DNA of 64,000 bases, from the NCBI GenBank assembly GCA_937896835.1, contig CALBOJ010000075.1, forward strand, positions 5,903 to 69,902. Direction: 5' to 3'. This DNA comes from an uncultured Collinsella sp. Lineage in GTDB: Bacteria > Actinomycetota > Coriobacteriia > Coriobacteriales > Coriobacteriaceae. Of the stretch, positions 37,568-47,445 are shown one piece after another; the stretch's first letter is position 1, and each line of letters opens with the position of its first letter. The notes beneath the pieces were generated by a model. The model was not told where the DNA came from, searched no databases, and saw only the letters and a program-made list of their open reading frames with translations. The position numbers and the translations under genes are program-made.

Positions 37568-37577
37568 CCCACCTGCC

Positions 37578-37615
37578 AAAACCACCACAAAGGGCGGGCA
37601 CCTTTGTGGTGGTTT
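37578..37615. terminator. Family-A palindromic hairpin repeat (variant loop)
   Basis: aaaaccaccacaaagggcgggcacctttgtggtggttt. Confidence 0.75.
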
Positions 37616-37644
37616 ATGCTATTCCGGGTGGAAGGGAGCGAGCA

Positions 37645-37965
37645 ATGGCGTCTGAGGGCTTTTTTGATCGGGTGTACGAGGTGGTCGAGCAGATTCCCGA
37701 GGGGATGGTCGCCACCTACGGTCAGGTGGCGCTGCTTGCCGGTCGTCCACGAAGTGCGCGGTACGTGGGGTATGCCCTGCATGGCAATCCGCGCCCCGGC
37801 GAGATTCCCTGTCACCGCGTGGTGTTTGCCGATGGCCGCATATGCGATGGTTTTGCTTTTGGCGGTCCCGATGCTCAACGTGAGCTTTTGCTAGGGGAGG
37901 GTGTGGCGTTTAAGGACGACATGCACGTCGACTTGGTCGCCTGTCGCTGGCCTGCAGGGCTCTAG
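37645..37965 (+). CDS. MGMT-family DNA-binding domain protein (methylated-DNA-protein-cysteine methyltransferase-like)
   Basis: ATYGQVA...GEIPCHRVV, containing the PCHR active-site motif. It is short (106 aa) and single-domain. Confidence 0.75.
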   Translation: MASEGFFDRVYEVVEQIPEGMVATYGQVALLAGRPRSARYVGYALHGNPRPGEIPCHRVVFADGRICDGFAFGGPDAQRELLLGEGVAFKDDMHVDLVACRWPAGL

Positions 37966-37981
37966 CGGCTCTGCCGTGGTT

Positions 37982-38020
37982 AAAACCACCACAAAGGTGC
38001 CTGTCCCCTTTGTGGTGGTT
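37982..38020. terminator. Family-A palindromic hairpin repeat
   Basis: aaaaccaccacaaaggtgcctgtcccctttgtggtggtt. Confidence 0.8.
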
Positions 38021-38198
38021 CTAGTTTACCTGAGCTAACTTATGGAGAAGCTATGGGGGAACATATTGACGCTACAAAGTAAACCACGGTGAACTATATT
38101 GTTTTCAGCAACAGAGCAGGCAATAGGCGATGAAAAAGCCTGCCCTGTTGAGTTTGATTCGCATTCCTCCCCTCTGTGCGATTCAACGGTGTACTTCG

Positions 38199-38240
38199 GG
38201 AACAGGCCCGCTGGCAACTATCTGCCAGCGGGCCTGTTCC
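38199..38240. terminator. Perfect 18-bp-stem hairpin downstream of trpS
   Basis: ggaacaggcccgctggca actatc tgccagcgggcctgttcc. A second hairpin, cggtgagg..cctcaccg, follows at 38245-38268. Confidence 0.6.
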
Positions 38241-38292
38241 TGTTTCGGTGAGGATTCAGCCTCACCGTCTATGTTGTGCGAAGGCGCTTTGC

Positions 38293-39342
38293 CTAGTACA
38301 CCATGCCCATGGCGTCCTGAACCTCGGCCAGGGTCTGCTCGGCAATCTCGTTGGCGCGACGGTTGCCCTCGTGCAGCACGTCCTTCACATAGTCCAGATC
38401 GTTCTCATAGCGCTGACGACGCTCGCGGATCGGCGCGAAGTACTCGTTGACGGCCTCGGTCACGTACTTCTTGAGCTGGCCGGAGCCGCCCATGCCAATC
38501 TCCTCGGCAATCTCGACCTCGGAACGGCCGGTGCAGATGGCGGCGGTTGAAAGCAGGCCGGACACGCCGGGGCGATTCTCGGGATCGAACGTGATCATGC
38601 GCTCGGAGTCGGTCTGGCTCTTCTTGATGCGCTTGGCCGTCTCCTCGGCGGTCATCGAGATGTTAATGGCGTTGCCGTAGCTCTTGCTCATCTTGCGCCC
38701 GTCCAGGCCGGGCAGCAGCGGGGTCTCGGACAGCAGCGCGTCGACCTCGGGGAACACCTTGCCGTAACGGTTGTTAAAGCGGCGGGCGATGGTGCGGGTG
38801 AGCTCGATGTGCGGCAGCTGGTCGCGACCGACGGGCACCACATTGCCCTTGCAGAACAGGATGTCGCAGGCCTGGTGCACCGGGTAGGTGAGCAGAAGGC
38901 CGGTGAGCTCGTGGCCCGAGGCCTCCATCTCGGCCTTGACCGTGGGGTTGCGCGCCAGCTCGGCCTCGGAGACCAGCGACAGGAACGGCAGCATGAGCTG
39001 GTTTGCGGCGGGTACGGCGGAGTGCGCGTAGATCATGGTCTTGTCGGGGTCGATGCCGCAGGCAAGGTAGTCCATGACCATGTTGTACACGTTGTCCTGG
39101 ATGTGCTCGGTCGTATCGCGGTCAGTGATGACTTGGTAGTCGGCGATGAGCACGTTGGTCTTGGCGCCCATGTTCTGCAGCTCAACACGGCCCTTGAGGG
39201 TGCCGAAGTAGTGACCCAGGTGCAGACGGCCGGTGGGGCGGTCGCCGGTGAGCATGGTGAACTTCTCGGGCGTTTTGGCCAGGCCCTCGCGAATGGCGTT
39301 GCTCTTTTGCAGCGCGACTTCGTAGCTGTTCTCGTTTGGCAT
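38293..39342 (-). CDS. trpS: Tryptophan--tRNA ligase
   Basis: HIGH-type motif GRLHLGHY and KMSKS motif. ATG at 39342 after AGGAG. Confidence 0.9.
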   Translation of the reverse strand: MPNENSYEVALQKSNAIREGLAKTPEKFTMLTGDRPTGRLHLGHYFGTLKGRVELQNMGAKTNVLIADYQVITDRDTTEHIQDNVYNMVMDYLACGIDPDKTMIYAHSAVPAANQLMLPFLSLVSEAELARNPTVKAEMEASGHELTGLLLTYPVHQACDILFCKGNVVPVGRDQLPHIELTRTIARRFNNRYGKVFPEVDALLSETPLLPGLDGRKMSKSYGNAINISMTAEETAKRIKKSQTDSERMITFDPENRPGVSGLLSTAAICTGRSEVEIAEEIGMGGSGQLKKYVTEAVNEYFAPIRERRQRYENDLDYVKDVLHEGNRRANEIAEQTLAEVQDAMGMVY

Positions 39343-39503
39343 GATTGCTCCTAACGTATGTTCATGGGTCAAGATGATAACGCGTTTATTGGAGGGTCGG
39401 GGCGTAAGTACGCGAGGGGCGGGAGAGCGGCGGCATGTGCGATGGGCGCGGCGTGGCTGCGCGTTTGGCCGGCGGCGCCTGGGCGCATCCTCGGCAGCTT
39501 ACC

Positions 39504-40703
39504 CTAGCGCCTGTGGTGGCGCTCCTCCCTGCGTTCTTCTGCCGCCTGCTCCTCCTGCTTAAAGGCGGGATCGTCGGGGGTGACGAGCTCGTCCTCGTGC
39601 GTGCGCTTGTTGTAATGGTGGCGCAGCACGGGCTCAAACAGGTGCAGGTGCTTGGCAAAGGCCGCCGAGCCAATGGCGAGTACGGTAAAGATGAGCACGC
39701 GCATGGGCACCTCGACCTGGTTAATCGCGGCGGCGCCGGCCGAAAGCATGATGCACCAGGCGTAGATGAGCAGCACTGCCTGCTTTTGGTTGTAGCCCTC
39801 TTGGATCAGGCGGTGGTGGATGTGGCCCTTGTCGGCCTGCCCGATGCTAATGTGGGCGCGCTTGCGGCGCACGATGGCGCTAAACGTGTCGATGATGGGC
39901 ACGCCGGCAACGATGAGCGGGATGATAAGCGAGGTGAGCGCGGCGGTGCGGCTCACGTTGAGCAGCGAGATGGAGCCCAGTGCAAAGCCCAGAAGCAACG
40001 ACCCCGAGTCGCCCAAGAAGATGCTTGCGGGGTTGAAGTTGTAGCGCAAAAAGGCCAGGCAAGCGCCAAAGAGCGCAATGGAGAGCGCGGCGGCGTCGAT
40101 GCGGCCCGAGAGAACGGCCATCGAAAACATGGTGAACGACGCGATGCCGCAGATGCCCGTGGCCAAGCCGTCGAGGCCGTCGATGAGGTTAATGATGTTG
40201 GTGAATGCCACCAGATAGATCACGGTGATGGGGTAGGCGAGCCATCCGAGCATGATCTCGCCGGGGGCAAACGGGTTGACGATGACGCCGATCCGCAGGC
40301 CGCCGATACAGGCGATAAGCGCGGCGAGGACCTGTCCGGCTAGCTTTTGCTTGGGCTTGAGCTGGAAGACGTCGTCGATAGCGCCGGTCGCAAAGATGAC
40401 GGTAAAGGAGAGCGCCAGCATGGGATAGCTAATGTGAAGGCGCGGGTGCGGCACCAGGACGGGCGGCCAGCCTAGGTGCCAGGTGCCTAGGATTTGCACA
40501 ATACAGGCAACGACCAGGCCCAAAAACACCGCCGTTCCGCCCAAACGCGGGATGGGCTTGGTGTTGATGCGGCGCTTAGAAGGATAGTCGACGGCGTCGA
40601 GCTTAATTGCCAAGCGCTTGACCAGGGGCACCGTGAGGAAGGTCGTGATAAAGGCCGCCGCTGCCACGCATAGATACGGTATGTAGCTCGGGGATGAAGC
40701 CAT
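39504..40703 (-). CDS. Glycosyltransferase family 4 (MraY/WecA-like polyprenyl-phosphate sugar-1-phosphate transferase)
   Basis: ...PSKRRINTKPIPRLGG..., NLIDGLDGLA and multiple TM segments. ATG at 40703. Confidence 0.8.
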   Translation of the reverse strand: MASSPSYIPYLCVAAAAFITTFLTVPLVKRLAIKLDAVDYPSKRRINTKPIPRLGGTAVFLGLVVACIVQILGTWHLGWPPVLVPHPRLHISYPMLALSFTVIFATGAIDDVFQLKPKQKLAGQVLAALIACIGGLRIGVIVNPFAPGEIMLGWLAYPITVIYLVAFTNIINLIDGLDGLATGICGIASFTMFSMAVLSGRIDAAALSIALFGACLAFLRYNFNPASIFLGDSGSLLLGFALGSISLLNVSRTAALTSLIIPLIVAGVPIIDTFSAIVRRKRAHISIGQADKGHIHHRLIQEGYNQKQAVLLIYAWCIMLSAGAAAINQVEVPMRVLIFTVLAIGSAAFAKHLHLFEPVLRHHYNKRTHEDELVTPDDPAFKQEEQAAEERREERHHRR

Positions 40704-41227
40704 GAATCTAAAAACCGCCAAGCGTCGAAGGAAAAGGTCAAAGGTTGCTAAGCGCAAAGGGCATAGCCGAACCATGATACTCGACCAAGGGGGGTGCATG
40801 GAATTGCACGCAGCGATAATCACGCGCTTACCAGATATTGGGATGTTGTCGATGGATTGTCGGGATACCGGCGGGGATCCATATGGGCTGTAATGGTGGT
40901 TTTCGGCAAATAAAAACCACCCCCCACGTTACGAAAATGAACCCACCTAAAACAGGTGGGTGCCCTCATCGACTGTTCCAGCGTCCTTAACAACGAAGGA
41001 TACCTGTACTAGGTACGACTGTGTGGGCTCCCTAAATAAACGCGACGGTTCACCCAGTTGCTCCGCGGGGGGCGGAATACCTACATCATAAAGCGGCACT
41101 CTATCGATTCCAGTCTTGACATTACAAAAATCGTGTCGGACGATTACGGCGCCTTGGACTCGAGCCGTCTGTGCGGTTGGTCCCTTAACGTTTGAGCTGC
41201 TGAATCGTTGTTTTGGAGCATGTTTTT

Positions 41228-42166
41228 ATGCCGACGCCGTTGACCGAACTTTTTTCGCCCGCCTGCCATTTGTGTCCGCGCCGTTGCGGTGCGGTGCGCG
41301 ACGAGGGTGCGCACGGCGTATGCGGTGCCGATGACACGCTCAAGGTGGCCCGCGCGGCGCTCCATATGTGGGAGGAGCCGCCTATCTCGGGCGAGGCCGG
41401 TTCGGGCACGATCTTCTTTAGCGGCTGCTCGCTCAAATGTATCTATTGCCAGAACCACGAGATCTCGACGGGCAATTTCGGGCTTGAGATTTCGCCCGAG
41501 CGCCTGGTCGAGATTATGCTGGAGCTGCAGGACCAAGGTGCCAATAACATCAATCTGGTGACGGCGACGCATTATGCTCACCTGCTGCCGGCCGCGATTG
41601 CCGCAGCTCGGGAGCGCGGACTGGTCATTCCAATCGTCTACAACACGAGCGGTTATGAGCGTGCGAGTGCCGTGGCGGCGCTCGGCGATTTGGTCGACGT
41701 GTGGCTTACCGACTTTAAGTATGCCAATGCGGCGCTTGCGCAGTCACTCTCTCATATTAAGGACTACCCGCGCGTGGCTGTGTCGGGTCTGGCCCAGATG
41801 GCGCGCGAAATTGAGCGCCGCGGGGGAGAGCTGGTAGACGGGGACGGGCTCATGAAGCGCGGCATAATCGTGCGTCATCTGGTGCTGCCGGGGCATGCGG
41901 ACGATTCGTGCCGCGTGTTGGACCTGGTGTGGCAGACGGTGGGCGACGTGCCGATCTCGGTCATGAACCAGTACACGCCCAATGCCCTCATGCGCGAACA
42001 AGGCGGCGACCTGGCGCGCGCCGTGACGCGCGAGGAGTACGAGCAGGTGCTCGACCATGCCGACGACCTGGGCTTTACGACGATGTTTTGGCAAGAAGGC
42101 GGAGCGGTAGACGAGAGCTTCACCCCGGCGTTCGACACCACCGGCGTCCTCACCAGCGCAAAGTAG
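41228..42166 (+). CDS. Radical SAM protein (PflX/pyruvate-formate-lyase-activase-like)
   Basis: CxxxCxxC cluster motif in GCSLKCIYCQN. N-terminal CHLCPRRCG. Confidence 0.8.
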   Translation: MPTPLTELFSPACHLCPRRCGAVRDEGAHGVCGADDTLKVARAALHMWEEPPISGEAGSGTIFFSGCSLKCIYCQNHEISTGNFGLEISPERLVEIMLELQDQGANNINLVTATHYAHLLPAAIAAARERGLVIPIVYNTSGYERASAVAALGDLVDVWLTDFKYANAALAQSLSHIKDYPRVAVSGLAQMAREIERRGGELVDGDGLMKRGIIVRHLVLPGHADDSCRVLDLVWQTVGDVPISVMNQYTPNALMREQGGDLARAVTREEYEQVLDHADDLGFTTMFWQEGGAVDESFTPAFDTTGVLTSAK

Positions 42167-42317
42167 TGCGCTCGCCGATGTTTTTTCTGGGACGGGGATT
42201 AAAAAATCATCGAGAGGATCGCCTGCTCGAAAAGTTGTCAAAATAGCCGCGTCCCAAAAAGACTGGGTATTGGGCGTTGACAGTTGGCGAGCCGTAGGTA
42301 AAATATCAACTTGTCTT

Positions 42318-42390
42318 GGGGACGTAGCTCAGTTGGGAGAGCGCTGCCGTCGCATGGCAGAGGCCGAGGGTTCGACTCCCTTCGTCTCCA
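42318..42390 (+). tRNA. tRNA-Ala (anticodon CGC)
   Basis: Hand-folded cloverleaf with a G3:U70 pair and anticodon loop gtCGCat. CCA is not encoded. Confidence 0.85.
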
Positions 42391-42454
42391 CCCTTGGATT
42401 TGATAAGCCGCTGACATTGTGTCGGCGGCTTTTTTTAAAAGAAAGGGCTGTACC

Positions 42455-42895
42455 ATGGCCAAGCTTGAGTCCCAACCACTGTCTGCCGAGGAACGCGCCG
42501 AGTTGGAAGAGCTCCGCGCCGAGAAAGCTCGTCGCGAGGCCCAGGAAGAGGCACGCCGCGAGCGTGAGGAGCTGGCCGCCCTGCGTGCCGAGCGTGCGAA
42601 GGCCGAGGAGGCCGCCGCGAACGTCGCCCCCGCGCCCAAGCCCGCCGCCGCGAAGCCCGCGCCCACCGCACCTAAACCTCAGCCTAAAAAGGTCGCTCGT
42701 TCCAAGTCCGTCGAGCCCAAGCCGAGCCGTGACGAGATGACCTTTGCCCAGCGCATGGTTACCTCCAAGGAGCCTACGGGCGAGAACGAGATCCCTGGGA
42801 TGGCGCCGGCTCAAAAAATCATCATTGTTCTTGCCCTCATCGCGTTTGTCATCTTTATGGGCTACACGATCCTGACCAGCATGGGCCTGCTCTAG
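42455..42895 (+). CDS. Hypothetical tail-anchored membrane protein
   Basis: Charged coiled-coil (EEARREREELAALRAERAKAEE), a Pro/Ala/Lys-rich linker and a C-terminal TM segment. Confidence 0.5.
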   Translation: MAKLESQPLSAEERAELEELRAEKARREAQEEARREREELAALRAERAKAEEAAANVAPAPKPAAAKPAPTAPKPQPKKVARSKSVEPKPSRDEMTFAQRMVTSKEPTGENEIPGMAPAQKIIIVLALIAFVIFMGYTILTSMGLL

Positions 42896-42979
42896 CCCAT
42901 TCGCGCTGGGTGCCATGCCCGAACACTCTGCCCTTTTCCAACCCTCAGCCTCTGCACAACGCATCCGAAAGGTCGCCCC

Positions 42980-44485
42980 ATGGCTTTGACCGACATCTCG
43001 CATCCCACCGACATTGCAATGCTCACCGATCTGTACGAGCTCACTATGGCCCAGGGCCTGTGGGAGAGCGGCAAGGCCAATGAGCAGGGTTGTTTTACCG
43101 CGTTTTACCGCGACCATCCTTTTGGCAGCGCCTATGCCGTCATGTGCGGCACCGCCGAACTGCCCGAGCTGGTCGAGAATCTGCGCTTTACGCCCGAGGA
43201 CATCGACTACCTCGCCTCGCTCCAGGCCCCGGCCGGCGGCGCGATGTTCAAGCCTGCATTCCTCGACTACCTGCGCGATTTTCGTGCACATGTAAACATC
43301 GACGCCGTCCCCGAGGGCGAGCTCGTCTTTCCGCGCGAACCCATGGTTCGCGTCACCGGTCCCGCGCTGGAGTGCCAGCTGCTCGAAACGGCGCTGCTCA
43401 ACATCGTCGGCTTCCAGACGCTTGTCGCCACCAAGACGGCGCGCGTGGTGCTGGCGGCGGACGGCCGTCCCGTTGCCGAGTTTGGCCTGCGCCGCGCCCA
43501 GGGTCCCGATGGCGGGCTGGCCGTCGCGCGCGCGAGCTACGTTGCCGGCTGCTCCTCTACGTCCAATGTGCTCGCCGGCCGCCGCTACGGTATTCCCGTC
43601 TTTGGCACGCATGCGCACAGCTGGGTGATGAGCTTCGATTCCGAGCTCGAGGCCTTCCGCGCCTTTGCCAAGTCGAGCCCCAAGAATTGCACGCTGCTCA
43701 TCGACACCTACGACGTACGCGAGGGTTGCGAGCATGCCATTACGGTTGCCAAGGAGATGGAAGCGGTGGGCGAGCGCCTGTCGGCCATTCGCATCGACTC
43801 CGGCGACCTCGCCAAGCTCTCCAAGTATGTGCGCGGCCGTTTTGATGCCGAGGGCCTGCCCTATGTGGGGATCTCGGTTTCTAACGATTTGGATGAGTAC
43901 ACGATTCAGTCGCTGCTCGACCAGGGCGCGCCTATCGATAGCTTTGGCGTGGGCACCAAGCTCGCGACCTGCTACGACCAGCCGGCGCTGGGCGGCGTGT
44001 ACAAGCTCGCCGCCCGCCGTGCGAGTGAGACGGACCCGTGGACGCCGGTGGTCAAGCTCTCCGAGCAGCCCTACAAGCGCACGATCCCGGGTGTGCAACG
44101 CGTGCGCCGTTATTACGACGGCTTTGGCGGCCCGGTCTGCGACATGATCTACGACGAGGACCATCTGGCGGGGGAGGGCGCCGCGCGCGGCAATACCCTC
44201 GTGGCCGTGAATGATGCCGCTCTGGTGACCGACGTGTCCGAACTTGAGTATCGCGAGCTGCTGGTGCCGATCGTGCGCGATGGCAGTGCGGTGGCTCCGC
44301 GTGAGAGCATCCAGGACGCGCGCGAGCGTTGCGCCTGGGCACTTGACCATCTGGACGCAGCTTTCAAGCGCTTCCTGTACCCGCAGACCTATGTGGTGGG
44401 TATGGAGCAGGGCCTGGCTCAGGTGCGCGACGAGCTCGTGCGCAAGAACATGGCTGCGGCTTCGGCCTTCCCCTGGGCAAAATGA
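42980..44485 (+). CDS. pncB: Nicotinate phosphoribosyltransferase
   Basis: N-terminal TDLYELTMAQG. 501 aa, with FGTHAHSW. Confidence 0.85.
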   Translation: MALTDISHPTDIAMLTDLYELTMAQGLWESGKANEQGCFTAFYRDHPFGSAYAVMCGTAELPELVENLRFTPEDIDYLASLQAPAGGAMFKPAFLDYLRDFRAHVNIDAVPEGELVFPREPMVRVTGPALECQLLETALLNIVGFQTLVATKTARVVLAADGRPVAEFGLRRAQGPDGGLAVARASYVAGCSSTSNVLAGRRYGIPVFGTHAHSWVMSFDSELEAFRAFAKSSPKNCTLLIDTYDVREGCEHAITVAKEMEAVGERLSAIRIDSGDLAKLSKYVRGRFDAEGLPYVGISVSNDLDEYTIQSLLDQGAPIDSFGVGTKLATCYDQPALGGVYKLAARRASETDPWTPVVKLSEQPYKRTIPGVQRVRRYYDGFGGPVCDMIYDEDHLAGEGAARGNTLVAVNDAALVTDVSELEYRELLVPIVRDGSAVAPRESIQDARERCAWALDHLDAAFKRFLYPQTYVVGMEQGLAQVRDELVRKNMAAASAFPWAK

Positions 44486-44588
44486 TCCGAAGGGGACGGA
44501 GGAAAACGGATCATTTTCGTCCGTTCCGCACCAGGCGCCCCGACTGCCCCAGCTCGCCCGAACGCTCGACATTCGATTGGTTTGACGT

Positions 44589-45716
44589 ATGACGACTTCT
44601 TATAAAACGATGGTGGTAAAGATCGGTTCGTCCACGGTGGTGGGCGCCGACGGCAAGGTCAACCGCGCCTTTATCGGCGGGCTTGCCGACCAGGCCGCAG
44701 CGCTGCGCGAGCTCGGCTGGCGCCTGGTCGTGGTGAGCTCGGGCGCTATCGCCTGTGGCTATCCCGTGCTGGGCTTCGACCGCAAGCCGGTCGGCGACCT
44801 GCCGAGCCTGCAGGCCTGCGCCTCGGCCGGTCAGTGCATCATCTCGTCGGCCTACGACGAGGAGTTCCATGCGCGCGACCTGCTCACCTCGCTCGTGCTG
44901 CTCACGCGTCACGACACGGCGCGCCGCACGTCCTACCTGCACGCGCGCGACGCCCTGCTGCGCCTGGTGGAGCTGGGCGTGGTGCCGGTCGTCAACGAGA
45001 ACGATACCGTCACCGTCGATGAGATCAAGTTCGGCGACAACGACACGCTGGCGGCGCTTGTGAGCTGCCTGGTTTCTGCCGATCTGTGCGTGACGCTCTC
45101 GGACATCGATGGCCTCTACACCGCCAATCCGCATGAGGATCCGACGGCCGAGTTTATCCCGGTCGTGCATAAGATCGATGCCAAGATTATCGCCTCGGCG
45201 GGCGATTCTTCCACATCGGTGGGTACGGGCGGCATGATCACCAAGATTCGCGCGAGCCGCATTCTCATGACGGCGGGCATTCAAAGCGTGATTTGCTCGG
45301 GCGAGGAGCCCGATGCGCTCGTGCGTCTGGCCCGCGGCGAGAGCGTGGGTACGCTGTTCGATCCGCCGGCGGAGCGCCTGGACATTGCGCCGCGCAAGTT
45401 GTGGATCGCACTGGGTGACAAGGCGCATGGCTCGGTGACGGTCGATGATGGCGCCGCGAAGGCGCTGGTCAGCCGCGGATCGTCGCTGCTCGCGGTGGGT
45501 ATTCGCGAGGTCGATGGCCAGTTTGCCGAGGGCGATGTGCTCGACGTGTGCGACCCGAGCGGCATGGTTGTCGCCCGTGGTATCGCCGAGGCCGATTCGG
45601 ACGTGCTGGAGCTTGCAGCCGGCCGCCGCCAGGACCAGATTGCCAGCAACCGCCTGCTCGCAGACCTGGCCGAGAAGCCCGCGATCCATAGGGACAACTT
45701 GATAGTGTTCGCCTAA
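44589..45716 (+). CDS. proB: Glutamate 5-kinase (with PUA domain)
   Basis: VVKIGSS..., VSSGAI and VNENDTV motifs. 375 aa. Confidence 0.9.
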   Translation: MTTSYKTMVVKIGSSTVVGADGKVNRAFIGGLADQAAALRELGWRLVVVSSGAIACGYPVLGFDRKPVGDLPSLQACASAGQCIISSAYDEEFHARDLLTSLVLLTRHDTARRTSYLHARDALLRLVELGVVPVVNENDTVTVDEIKFGDNDTLAALVSCLVSADLCVTLSDIDGLYTANPHEDPTAEFIPVVHKIDAKIIASAGDSSTSVGTGGMITKIRASRILMTAGIQSVICSGEEPDALVRLARGESVGTLFDPPAERLDIAPRKLWIALGDKAHGSVTVDDGAAKALVSRGSSLLAVGIREVDGQFAEGDVLDVCDPSGMVVARGIAEADSDVLELAAGRRQDQIASNRLLADLAEKPAIHRDNLIVFA

Positions 45717-45852
45717 CCAATTGACGCTGCAAACGCCCCTAAGCGGCAATCTGACGTTCAATCGTCGGGCATGACCAAAAGGTCAATGCCCTCCTCTTTC
45801 ACGTCACCTTGCTCGCTTAGGGGCGTTTTCGCTTTCTGTCCTCTACCAGCGG

Positions 45853-45918
45853 CATTGTCGTTGCCGGCACTTGGGGACGTTCCTATTGTGCCGGCAGACG
45901 GGGACACTCCTTTGCTAG
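45853..45918. repeat. Family-B repeat units (dispersed copy)
   Basis: ...gttgccggca cttggggacgttcctattgtgccggca gacggggacactcctttgctag. Overlaps the stop codon of the hydrolase gene. Confidence 0.7.
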
Positions 45919-47333
45919 AAGATCTGGCGCAGGTCTCCGCGGTTGAGGGCTTCGTCGAAGAGGTGCTTGAACACCACGCTGCCGTGCAAGCCGTCGTGCT
46001 CGAACTCGTTGGTCACCCAGGCATGCGAGTTGCCCACGCGGCTGAGCGTATCGAGCTGCATGCCCGAGTCCACGTACATGTCATCGAAGTACACCGCGGC
46101 CTGCAGGGGCACCTCGTTGCACGCCAGGCGCTGCGGGTCGTAGATCTTGTCCCAGCTTGTGTCTTCCATAAGCAGATCCATCGCCGGCTTGAAGGGCTTA
46201 AGTTCGGGCATCTGCTCAAACATCCACGGGAACATGGCCTCGCCGGTAAACATGAGCGGTCGCGTGAGCGTGTCGAACTCGGCACGATGGGCCTTCTCTT
46301 CTGCCGCGGCCCAGCGAATGGGCATGGTGTCGCCGTCGGCGTAGATGAACTCCTGAAGCGTCCAGTACAGCGGATTCGTGCGCGTGTTGGTGCGCTCGAA
46401 GGCGCGCATCAAAAAGCTGTCGGATACCGAGGCGCCGCAGGCCAGCGTGCCGTCGCCGTCAACAAAAGCATGATCGATAATCCAATGCATGCGCTCAAAG
46501 CTCGGCTTCATGCCAAAGTCGCTGCCCATGAGCTGCAGGCGTTCGACCGTCATCGGCGAGCCGTCGGGTAGCACGGGCTTTTGCTCCTCGAGGGCATCTG
46601 CCAGGGCCGCCACGCGCTCGACGTCGGCGGGGTAGCGGTTGTAATACTGCTGCGTCTTGGCAGCCATGCGCGGGAAGGTGTGCGCGTAGACCTCGCTTGC
46701 GCTCGCCGGTACGTGGGGGATGCCGCCGCAGGTAAAGCTTGCCGCCACGCCCTCGGGGAAGAGCGACAGGTAGCTCAGCGTCAAAAAGCCGCCGTAGCTC
46801 TGCCCGAGCGTGACCCAGGGCCTGCCGCCAAAGCCCACCAGGCGCAGGTACTCAAAATCGCGCACGATGGAGCTGGCGAGGTGGCGCTTGAGGAAGTCCG
46901 CCTGCGAGCGGTCCGCATCGGCGCCGGCTGCCTCGGCACGCTCGCCCAGTGCGGCAATCGTGCGTCCGTCTACACAGCTGCTGCGTCCGGTGCCGCGCTG
47001 GTCGGGCAGGACGACGCGGAAGTGCTTGACGGCCTCCTCGATCCAGCCGTCGCTTGTGGGTGACAGCGGACGCGGGCTCTCGCCGCCGGGGCCGCCCTGC
47101 AAAAACAGGAGCAGTGGCAGATCGTCGTTGATGCGGTCGGGCGCGCAAACCACACGGTAGAAGAGCTTGATGCTCTCGGGCGCACCTGCGATGGGCGCCG
47201 GCATGGCGCCGCGGCGCATGGTGCTGCCGACGGCCAGGAGCATCGGCTCCAGGCCGCGCCAGTCGAGGGGGACGTCGATGCTGTGGTCCTCGACATACAG
47301 GCCGGGGACGTGGTACGAAGTGATGAGGGCCAT
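45915..47333 (-). CDS. Alpha/beta hydrolase, S33 prolyl-aminopeptidase-like
   Basis: LQGGPGGES and the nucleophile motif GQSYGG. ATG at 47333. Confidence 0.7.
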   Translation of the reverse strand: MALITSYHVPGLYVEDHSIDVPLDWRGLEPMLLAVGSTMRRGAMPAPIAGAPESIKLFYRVVCAPDRINDDLPLLLFLQGGPGGESPRPLSPTSDGWIEEAVKHFRVVLPDQRGTGRSSCVDGRTIAALGERAEAAGADADRSQADFLKRHLASSIVRDFEYLRLVGFGGRPWVTLGQSYGGFLTLSYLSLFPEGVAASFTCGGIPHVPASASEVYAHTFPRMAAKTQQYYNRYPADVERVAALADALEEQKPVLPDGSPMTVERLQLMGSDFGMKPSFERMHWIIDHAFVDGDGTLACGASVSDSFLMRAFERTNTRTNPLYWTLQEFIYADGDTMPIRWAAAEEKAHRAEFDTLTRPLMFTGEAMFPWMFEQMPELKPFKPAMDLLMEDTSWDKIYDPQRLACNEVPLQAAVYFDDMYVDSGMQLDTLSRVGNSHAWVTNEFEHDGLHGSVVFKHLFDEALNRGDLRQIF

Positions 47334-47445
47334 GTGAGTCTTCCGTTCGTTGCGGTGTTTCGGGTTGACCAATTCTACCGCCGCGGGCGAGGCCATGCGC
47401 AAATCGGCTACCATGGTTGCAAACTTCTAGGAGAAAGGGCCGCCC

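Noticed and set aside
42329-44572. 747-aa minus-strand ORF spanning the tRNA-Ala gene, a hypothetical gene and pncB
   Set aside because: It overlaps a tRNA gene and the well-supported pncB frame, and its translation has no motifs. The same reasoning applies to 44511-45761 (opposite proB), 46852-48759 (opposite proA), 50319-52202 (opposite argS), 33203-34360 (opposite pckA) and 21921-23051 (opposite pglZ).
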